A stretch of DNA of 64,000 bases, taken from positions 195,403 to 259,402 of the forward strand of contig JBNKBE010000007.1 of assembly GCA_050287085.1 (NCBI GenBank). The letters run 5' to 3'. A program made the position numbers and the translations under genes. The stretch comes from Polyangiaceae bacterium (GTDB lineage Bacteria > Myxococcota_A > Polyangia > Polyangiales > Polyangiaceae). The notes beneath the pieces were generated by a model. The model was not told where the DNA came from. It searched no databases and saw only the letters and a list, made by a program, of their open reading frames with translations. Below, in pieces: positions 56,961 to 64,000 of this stretch (position 1 is its first letter; every line of letters starts with the position of its first letter).

Positions 56961-57787
56961 GCGACATGGAGTCCCTGCGTCCTGAGCTAGGTGCGCGCGG
57001 TCGAGAGACCCGCCGCGGATGGCGTGCGTGCGCGCGGGGCGCGCGGGCGGCTGTGGTGTTCTTGACGCGTCTGCGTGTGGGCGGCTTTCCGTACTCTCCG
57101 GCGGAATGGTCTTGGGCTGTGGCCCACTTTCCGTTGGTAGGGGCCGGGATAGGAAGCGTGTCGGCGGTGGTGTGGGTCATGGCCGAGCGCGCGTTGGGCG
57201 CTGGACCTGCGGCGCTCCTGGCTCTGGCTGCCAGCTTAGGGTTAACAGGAGCCTTTCACGAAGACGGTCTGGCAGACAGCGCTGACGCTCTCGGCGGGTT
57301 TGCTCGCGGCGAAGCCATGATGCGGATCTTCAAGGACAGTCGCCTAGGCACCTACGGCGTGACCGCGCTGGTGCTAGCCTTGGGGCTCCGCGCAAGCGCG
57401 TTGTGGGAGCTCACGAGCGCGTCGTGGCCGGTGCTAGTATGGGCCCACTGTTGGGCGCGGGTTGCGCCGGTTTGGCAAATGGTGTGCCTGCCCTACCTGT
57501 CCCCCGGTGACGGCTCGAAGAGCCGCGACTTGCAGGGGGCGGGTCCGAGGCAGGCGGTGGTCGCCACGGGGTGGGGACTGTTCGGGGGCGCCGGCGCATG
57601 GGCTGCGGGCGTTTCACCGCTGACGCTTGGAGCGGGCGCCCTGTTCTTGGTGACGCTGGGGATAGCCCTTGGCACATGGTATCGCGCTCGCGTCGGTGGC
57701 GTGGTGGGGGACTTGCTCGGCGCGACCGAGCAGCTTGCAGAGGTGGGTCTATTGCTCTTGGCGCTGCTGGTGCTCCGCACGACTTGA
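56957..57787 (+). CDS. cobS: Adenosylcobinamide-GDP ribazoletransferase (cobalamin synthase)
   Basis: FLTRL, FPLVG, LTGAFHEDGLADSAD, KDSRLGTYG, GG..GD.LGA. Confidence 0.95.
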   Translation: MSDMESLRPELGARGRETRRGWRACARGARAAVVFLTRLRVGGFPYSPAEWSWAVAHFPLVGAGIGSVSAVVWVMAERALGAGPAALLALAASLGLTGAFHEDGLADSADALGGFARGEAMMRIFKDSRLGTYGVTALVLALGLRASALWELTSASWPVLVWAHCWARVAPVWQMVCLPYLSPGDGSKSRDLQGAGPRQAVVATGWGLFGGAGAWAAGVSPLTLGAGALFLVTLGIALGTWYRARVGGVVGDLLGATEQLAEVGLLLLALLVLRTT

Positions 57788-57845
57788 AGCGAAGCGCCGG
57801 GCTCGCGTTGGGGCCTGGCGTTCTGGGGCTGGATGGAGCGGGCCC

Positions 57846-58730
57846 TCAAAAGGCCGCGCCAATGCCGAGCCGGGCAACGAGGTAGAGCGGATGCAGGACC
57901 CAATGGACGTTTTCCGACTTTGCTCCGGATATGGAGGGTGGTGTGGTTCTTAGGTAGAGTTCTTCAACTTGGCAGCCGCGACTTGTTGGGCTGTTGGAGC
58001 CAGATTCGAAGCAACGTCGGGTGTCAGTGAGCTCGTACTCGAAGCCAAAGCCGCTGGTTAGGGTAAAATGTCCCCAGCGTCGGTGGTGGCCCAGCAATAG
58101 TTGTAGCCGTCGCTGGTTGTCCACGACGCGATCGATGCGCGAGCCATCACTATTGCGGCTTAGGTATTCGAAGCCGTGGACGGCCACGTTGGCGCGGACC
58201 ACGGTGCCCTGAAGCGCCTTGCCGTCGAGCCAGAAGCCTGCTCCGGCGGTGAAGCCTGCAAACGGGCCGATTCCGGCTGAACCCTGGTAGATCTTGTCGT
58301 CGGCAGTGAATCGCAGGCGGTGACCGATCGGCTGGGCGCCGACCACCGCCAGGGGCACAACTTCGACGGATAACCAGTCGAGTGGTGCCGCTTCCAGCTC
58401 GATGTCGAGGCGACCCCTCAGGACCAGATCGAGTAGATCCAGGCGGACCCCAATCGGGGGCAGTTTGAAACTTGAGCGCGGGGAAGGGTAGCTAGGAGCT
58501 GGAGCTGGCTGCGCGTAAGGGGGAGCTGGAGCTGGCTGCGCGTAGGGGGGGGCTTGGGTATAAGCAGGTGAGGGCTGTGCGTAGGGCGGGGCGGGCTGCG
58601 CCGGGTAGTCCTGGGGGCCTGCCGCAGGGCCGACCTGAGCCGCTGCGGGAACGGCGAACACTGCCAGCACAGCCAAGGCGGCAACGAGCGTCAAAGATGT
58701 GGCGGGACGGGGGCCACCTGGATTCGGCAT
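57846..58730 (-). CDS. Putative outer-membrane beta-barrel protein with Pro/Tyr/Gln-rich N-terminal repeats
   Basis: Signal peptide AAA-Q; PAPPYAQ repeats; amphipathic strands; terminal Phe. Confidence 0.7.
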   Translation of the reverse strand: MPNPGGPRPATSLTLVAALAVLAVFAVPAAAQVGPAAGPQDYPAQPAPPYAQPSPAYTQAPPYAQPAPAPPYAQPAPAPSYPSPRSSFKLPPIGVRLDLLDLVLRGRLDIELEAAPLDWLSVEVVPLAVVGAQPIGHRLRFTADDKIYQGSAGIGPFAGFTAGAGFWLDGKALQGTVVRANVAVHGFEYLSRNSDGSRIDRVVDNQRRLQLLLGHHRRWGHFTLTSGFGFEYELTDTRRCFESGSNSPTSRGCQVEELYLRTTPPSISGAKSENVHWVLHPLYLVARLGIGAAF

Positions 58731-59106
58731 GGCTCGAGCATACGTCTGCTCCTGTCAGGGGGCCACTTCGCGTCGAACTCCGGGGTCGGTTTGCCGAGCC
58801 CGCGTTGTTGCGCGCCTGGGGCGTTCTGAGGTGACGGGCCTGCAAGCCCAGCCTTTTGCGTCGCTCAATTGCTACTCTGGCCAAACTCCACTAGCGTTGC
58901 GGTCGTGGGATGGGTCTTTGCTCGGCAGAGTGTGAGACTTAGAGCCGATCCAAGAGAGGATTCGGTGACCCAGCAATCGCAGAATGAGCCGATCAAAAAT
59001 ACGTCAAAGTAGCAGCCTCGGGGCGGTCTCACCCCCGGGGTCGGTATGTTGCTGTGGGCGCTTTTTGGGGATCGATTCTAAGTAGCCAAGGAGTAGGTGC
59101 GACACG

Positions 59107-60585
59107 ATGGCAATTCAGGTCCAGGTTTCCACGGCCGATCTTGCGGCCGCCGGCGAAGGCGTGATCGTTTTGGGCGTCCACGAGGGCGCCCTAGCGAAGC
59201 AGAAAAATTTCGCGGCGCTCGATCAGCTGCTGGACGGCGCGTTGACGGGTCAAGCATCCCACGTGGACTACGCTGGTTCCGCTCGGCGAATGCTCGAGGT
59301 CCCCACGCTAGGGCGCATTACCGCCCGCAAGGTGTTGGTGGTTGGCCTCGGACCGAAGCGTGGTCTCGACGCGGCCCGCGTTCGCTCCTGCGTTGCCACG
59401 GCAACGCGCATAGCGGGCAACGTGCCGGCGATCGCGCTCAGTTTGCCCGAGGGAATTGCGGGGGACCTGTTGCGTGCGGTGGCTGAGGGCGTGGAGCTGG
59501 GTGCGTACCGCTTCGTCAAGTACCTCACCGGTGAGCGTCTTCCGAAGACGCAGCTGACGAGCGCGACGGTGTATCGCTCCAAGAAGCTGACCCCGACCGA
59601 GAGCAAGGCGCTGGCCCTTGGGCTCGACGTTGCGGCGGCTGTGTGTATCGCGCGCGACGCGGTCAATGAGCCACCGAATGAGCTGACGCCCGTGGAGCTA
59701 GCCAACCGCGCGCAGCAGGTTGCGCGCAAAGGTGGATTGAAGATCTCCGTCTTGAATAAGGCCCAGATCAAGAAGGCGGGCATGAAGCTGCACTATGCCG
59801 TCGGGCAGGGGAGCGCTAACGAACCCCGCTTCGTGCACATGACGCATGCTCCAGCCAAGGCCAAGCGCCGCATCGTCTTCGTGGGCAAAGGCTTGACGTT
59901 TGACTCGGGTGGGTTGTGCATCAAGCCTGCGGCTGGCATGGGCGAGATGAAGAGCGACATGGGTGGGGCCGCCGCGGTGTTAGGGTTGATGGCCGCAGTT
60001 GCCGCCGTCAAACCCCAGGTGGAGGTTCACGGAATCATTAGCGCGGCCGAGAACATGCCGGATGGAGCGGCCTATCGTCCCGGAGACGTATTTGGGTCCC
60101 TCGACGGCAAGACTGTCGAGATCGTCAACACGGATGCCGAAGGGCGTTTGGTGCTGGCGGATGCGCTGGCCTACGCGCGCCAACTCGAGCCGGATCTCAT
60201 CATTGAGGCATCAACCCTGACGGGCGCCTGTGTGGTGGCCCTAGGCAAGCTGTACTCCGCGTTCTACTCGACGGACGAGAAGTTCGCGCGCCACTTCCAG
60301 GATTCAGCGACTGCAGCGGGCGAGCTCTTCTGGCGCATGCCGCTAGCCGCGGAGCTCCGAGACCAGCTCAAGAGCGACATTGCCGACTTGAAGCACACCG
60401 GCGAACGCTGGGGTGGGTCGATCACCGCGGCATTGTTTCTGAAAGAGTTCGTGGGGGAGGTACCGTTTATTCACTGCGATGTGGCCGGCGCCGTTCTGGC
60501 GGACCGTCCGCGGGGTATGTATCCCAAGGGCGGTACGGGTCATCCGGTCCTTACCTTCCTCCGCTTTCTCGAGGCGCTGAAGTAG
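59107..60585 (+). CDS. pepA: Leucyl aminopeptidase (M17)
   Basis: VGKGLTFDSGG, MKSDMGG, NTDAEGRLVLAD, TLTGA; AAGGAG SD. Confidence 0.96.
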   Translation: MAIQVQVSTADLAAAGEGVIVLGVHEGALAKQKNFAALDQLLDGALTGQASHVDYAGSARRMLEVPTLGRITARKVLVVGLGPKRGLDAARVRSCVATATRIAGNVPAIALSLPEGIAGDLLRAVAEGVELGAYRFVKYLTGERLPKTQLTSATVYRSKKLTPTESKALALGLDVAAAVCIARDAVNEPPNELTPVELANRAQQVARKGGLKISVLNKAQIKKAGMKLHYAVGQGSANEPRFVHMTHAPAKAKRRIVFVGKGLTFDSGGLCIKPAAGMGEMKSDMGGAAAVLGLMAAVAAVKPQVEVHGIISAAENMPDGAAYRPGDVFGSLDGKTVEIVNTDAEGRLVLADALAYARQLEPDLIIEASTLTGACVVALGKLYSAFYSTDEKFARHFQDSATAAGELFWRMPLAAELRDQLKSDIADLKHTGERWGGSITAALFLKEFVGEVPFIHCDVAGAVLADRPRGMYPKGGTGHPVLTFLRFLEALK

Positions 60586-60604
60586 CCGCCGGGGGGGCGG
60601 GGTC

Positions 60605-61357
60605 ATGCTGGAGGTGGTGCGCAGACACGCTCGTTCTGATGCGCGCGTAGCTCCGAGGGGTGATGCGGCCGCGGGCCATCCGCGGTCCAGCAATCTGCTC
60701 ATGGGGGGCGGATACGCTTGGGCCGTGACGGTTGCGTACCCGGCGGTCGCGCTGGGTACGGCGTGGCCCGCGTGGACCGCCGCAGCCTTGGCGCTGCTCG
60801 CGCTTCTGGTCGGTGTCGGCTTTGGGCGTCTCGAGCCGCGTTGGTTCGTCCCGTGCGCGGTCTACGCGTTTCCTGCCCTCAGTGCGTTCGCTTGGTTCTT
60901 GCTCGGGAGTGTTCTCGATAGCGACCGAATCAGTCCCGCGCTGGCTGCGTCCGGAGGTTTGGGGTGGGGCTTATATGCGTTGTCCTTTGGAGACGTCCGT
61001 GCCGGTTCGGGCGCGCCGGAGGATGCTCCCAATGTGGTGGTCCAGCCGCCCCTGGCGCCTCGGGCCCGCTCGCCCCTGGCGGCCACGCTTTGTTTCGGCG
61101 TCGGGCTGTGTGGGGGACTTGCGCTGTGGGCGCTTGGCTGGCTGCTGCCTGTTGCGGACACGCAGGTGCTGTTGTTGCGTGTTTGTGCATTGGGCTTGGG
61201 TACGGTGCTGATGGGGGCGGGCGCGCAGCTGGCGGTCGCCTTGGCCCACCGATCCCCGACCCGAAGACGCCAGAGTAGCCCGATGGCCAGCTTGGGAAGC
61301 GCGCTTGCCGTCGCCGTGCTAGGTCTCCTGTTGTGGCTGACCCGCGGCCAGTTCTGA
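60605..61357 (+). CDS. Hypothetical polytopic membrane protein
   Basis: About 7 hydrophobic segments; operon position after pepA. Confidence 0.65.
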   Translation: MLEVVRRHARSDARVAPRGDAAAGHPRSSNLLMGGGYAWAVTVAYPAVALGTAWPAWTAAALALLALLVGVGFGRLEPRWFVPCAVYAFPALSAFAWFLLGSVLDSDRISPALAASGGLGWGLYALSFGDVRAGSGAPEDAPNVVVQPPLAPRARSPLAATLCFGVGLCGGLALWALGWLLPVADTQVLLLRVCALGLGTVLMGAGAQLAVALAHRSPTRRRQSSPMASLGSALAVAVLGLLLWLTRGQF

Positions 61358-61358
61358 G

Positions 61359-61547
61359 TTGGAGTTGCTTGTTTTGAACGGGCTGCTTGCGACCGGAATG
61401 GCGTTGTTGCTGGCTACAGCAGGTCTCTGCTGGGCGGGGTCCTTGTGGGCATTGTCTCTGGGTCACCCCATCTCCGCGGGCTATTGGGCTTTGCTCGGCG
61501 CGCTCCTGCTCAAAGTAGATTTCGACTGGGTGGAGGGGCGAAGGTGA
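61359..61547 (+). CDS. Small hydrophobic protein (2 TM)
   Basis: Fills the gap exactly; stop overlaps the next GTG. Confidence 0.55.
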   Translation: MELLVLNGLLATGMALLLATAGLCWAGSLWALSLGHPISAGYWALLGALLLKVDFDWVEGRR

Positions 61548-62485
61548 CGCGAACAAGAAGAATGCAAGCGCGGGCTCTTCTCCTGATCGCCGCCTGGGCG
61601 GGCGCAGGGCTGTGGGCGTGTCGGGACCGAGAGGGGGGGCCTGCATCGGGCGTGGGTGGGGCGTCCCGCAAAGGAGAGGGCCCCGTTGTGGCTCGGGCTG
61701 ACGTCGTCGCGGGCGCGACGGCATCGTCCCAGGAAGCAGGGCTTGCAGCGGCGCTGGTGCGGGAGGCTTTGCTGGCGGAGCGCTTGCGGGAGCAGAGGAG
61801 TCCACTGGGGACTGTACTGCGGCGCGCAGCGCTGGCGCGTGCGATGTCGGAGCGAATCGCGAGCGACGCGCGGCGGGGTCCGATCACGGAGGCGGAGTTG
61901 GCGGCGTTTGCGGAGCGGCATTGGCTTCACGTGGACCGCCCGGCTTCGGCGCGTACTTCCCATGTCGTAGTTCTCGATGCCTCCAAAGATGAAGCGGCGG
62001 CGCGCGCGTTTCTCCTGGCCGTGGCCGCAAAGGCTGGCAAGTTCGCGGACGAGGCCGCCTTTCGCGCGGAGGCTGAGGCCCTGCACGCCGCACACTGGCC
62101 TGAGCTGCAAATAAGGGCGGAGGCCCTTCCGCCCGTGACCGCGGACGGCCGGGTCGTCTCGTTTGGCGATGGACCTCGACCGGAACGGTTGGCGCCGCAA
62201 TACGCGGCGGCCGCCAATGCCATCGCGGCTCCGGGCGGACTCTCGCCCATCACGACGTCGCCATTCGGGTTGCACCTCATCTATTTGGCCGAGCGCTTTC
62301 CAGAGCACCGCCTGGCGCCGGCCGCGTTGCGTCGCATTGCTGGTGAGGAGATCTATTCGCTCCGCGCCCGAAGAGAAGAGCAGGAGCTGCTCGCGGAGCG
62401 GGCGCAAGCCCTGAGCGCCGCGGGCACGCCGGTGGTCGAGGCGGAAGGTGCCTTGGCGGCCACGGAATGGGTGAGGCTGCGCTGA
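61544..62485 (+). CDS. Parvulin/PpiC-like peptidyl-prolyl isomerase lipoprotein
   Basis: Lipobox LWAC; ARTSHVVV; LSPITTSPFGLHLI. Confidence 0.75.
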   Translation: MTRTRRMQARALLLIAAWAGAGLWACRDREGGPASGVGGASRKGEGPVVARADVVAGATASSQEAGLAAALVREALLAERLREQRSPLGTVLRRAALARAMSERIASDARRGPITEAELAAFAERHWLHVDRPASARTSHVVVLDASKDEAAARAFLLAVAAKAGKFADEAAFRAEAEALHAAHWPELQIRAEALPPVTADGRVVSFGDGPRPERLAPQYAAAANAIAAPGGLSPITTSPFGLHLIYLAERFPEHRLAPAALRRIAGEEIYSLRARREEQELLAERAQALSAAGTPVVEAEGALAATEWVRLR

Positions 62486-63246
62486 TGCCTCGCTCCTGGC
62501 CGGAACGAGATCAGGAGCAGTCCCCTTTTGGCGTGGCCTTGGAGCGCCTCTGCGTCGGGGCGCCGGCGATCGCTGCCGCGCTGGTGGACGAGGAAGGCGA
62601 AACAGTGGACTACGCCGGCGCGCTCTCGCCGTTCTCGGTGCGGGTGGCGGCTGCCGAATGGCAGCTGGTGATGGCGCAATGCGAGCGCTCGCCCCGGCGC
62701 TCGCTAGGTCGCGTCCGAGAAATTCTGGTGCGCCACGAGAGCGCTAGCTTCGCGCTCTGCGCCATCATGGACGGCTATATCCTGGTGGTGCAGCTCCCTC
62801 GCGGCGCCTTTTCCCTGTCCAGTCGCGCCCTGGCTCAAGCGACCCGCGAGATCGCCAGCGAGGCGGGCCTGGATAATGTGTTCCGCGCGGAGGACCACAC
62901 CCTGTGGCGGCGCATCGTGGTGCGAGAGCATCAGCGTCGTCCGCTTGCCATCGAATGCGGCGCCCAACAATGGGAGCGAGTCGAGATCCTGGGGCGCTTC
63001 TACGAAGCTGGGCTCGCGCCGGGCGAAAGGGGCTACCGGGTCCGACTCGCCAACGGCTGCGAGACAAGTCTGATTCGCGAACCCCTGGGTCGCTGGTACG
63101 TCGACGAGACCTGGGACCGCGCGGACGGCTACACCAAACACGCGTCTCAACCACCAGAACCCCAAAACACTGAACATCCGAGGCCGAAAAAGGCGACGAA
63201 TCCCCAAGGAATCCACGGATTTGGGGGAAAACCTGGGGATATCTAG
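62485..63246 (+). CDS. Roadblock/LC7-like domain protein with an extra C-terminal domain
   Basis: LERLC…AIAAALVDEEGETVDYAG…GYILVV pattern; TGATG coupling. Confidence 0.65.
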   Translation: MPRSWPERDQEQSPFGVALERLCVGAPAIAAALVDEEGETVDYAGALSPFSVRVAAAEWQLVMAQCERSPRRSLGRVREILVRHESASFALCAIMDGYILVVQLPRGAFSLSSRALAQATREIASEAGLDNVFRAEDHTLWRRIVVREHQRRPLAIECGAQQWERVEILGRFYEAGLAPGERGYRVRLANGCETSLIREPLGRWYVDETWDRADGYTKHASQPPEPQNTEHPRPKKATNPQGIHGFGGKPGDI

Positions 63247-63275
63247 GAAAAAGCGGAAGCCTTCTAGAAATCCTT

Positions 63276-63304
63276 TTGACAAGCTCCTGCCTCAGCGATA
63301 GTTT
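63276..63304 (+). promoter_or_regulatory. sigma70 rRNA promoter TTGACA-N17-TAGTTT with GC-rich discriminator
   Basis: Perfect -35, 17-bp spacer, A-tracts upstream, precedes the rRNA leader. Confidence 0.8.
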
Positions 63305-63492
63305 CCGCCTCCCCTTCGACGGGAACCCCACTCGCCCGAAACGAGCGGGACGCGAAAAAAACCTCTTGCAGTGAAAGCTGAGATGAGGCAGAAAGCGCGG
63401 CCCGAAACGACGAAAGCGAACAGGCCTCTCCGGCAGCGCCGGAGCCACCAACGCCCAAAAAGCAAGGTGGCGGAGTCTGACGGTCCCGTCCT

Positions 63493-63507
63493 TGGTCCTT
63501 GAAAACT
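63493..63507 (+). promoter_or_regulatory. rrn antitermination boxA-like element TGGTCCTTGAAAACT
   Basis: Resembles the boxA consensus in an rRNA leader. Confidence 0.7.
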
Positions 63508-63695
63508 GAATTCTACCCCGTGATAGATATCGCGGGTCCCGGTCGACTCGGGAGCCTCGGCAGCCACCTTAGCGGGTGAGCTAAAGAAGCAATAGAGGTT
63601 CTCCGCCTCATTAACCCCCGAGTACGAACCATAGCGAAGAAATACAGGTAGCCGCAGTTGGCTTAGCAGTCAACGGTGAGCTTACCGACAGGATT

Positions 63696-64000
63696 TAACT
63701 GGAGAGTTTGATCCTGGCTCAGAACGAACGTTAGCGGCGCGCTTAATACATGCAAGTCGAGCGAGAAAGGGCTTCGGCCCCAGTAAAGCGGCGCACGGGT
63801 GAGTAACACGTAGGTCATCTACCCTTGGGTGGTGGATAACACTCCGAAAGGGGTGCTAATACAGCATGACACCGGAAGGTCAAAGTGGGCCACTCTATAG
63901 AAGCTCACGCCTGGGGATGAGCCTGCGGCGCATCAGCTAGTTGGTGGGGTAATAGCCCACCAAGGCTAAGACGCGTAGCTGGTCTGAGAGGATGAACAGC
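63696..64000 (+). rRNA. rrs: 16S rRNA, 5' part (truncated by the window end)
   Basis: AGAGTTTGATCCTGGCTCAG at 63703-63722, ACATGCAAGTCG, GGGTGAGTAACACGT, GGTCTGAGAGGATG. Confidence 0.99.

Noticed and set aside
1..64000. Mobile elements, prophage, tRNA, defence systems
   Set aside because: No transposase, integrase, phage structural, nuclease or tRNA cloverleaf signatures were recognised by eye

Overview
High-GC bacterial chromosomal segment. The 16S rRNA 5' end (GAACGAACGTTAGCGGCGCG..., V1 GAGAAAGGGCTTCGGCCCC), a MYXO-CTERM tail and many Gly/Ala-linker lipoproteins point to a myxobacterium of the Polyangiales (Sorangium/Polyangium relatives). The left half (about 0-36 kb) is accessory and surface-directed. 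It holds lipoproteins with flexible linkers carrying an SGNH esterase, a cutinase-like hydrolase, DUF1080, LamG, a CE1-like esterase, a lactonase, a beta-helix and an expansin. It also holds a beta-barrel-like/ECF sigma/FecR cassette, a 1.5-kaa protein with 20 six-Cys repeats preceded by a stand-alone copy of its own N-terminal domain, ArsH, Ku-methyltransferase-guaD, and an HTH protein paired with a Cys-rich lipoprotein. The right half is more housekeeping: K+ channel, hybrid kinase, M20 peptidase, two transporters, a soluble multi-PAS Aer2-like chemoreceptor with a sigma28-type promoter, a radical SAM fusion, fpr, cobU-cobS, pepA operon, and the promoter, leader and 5' end of an rRNA operon. 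No CRISPR array, tRNA, transposase or integrase was recognised. All calls come from motif recognition by eye; no searches were run, and several start codons are my reassignments.
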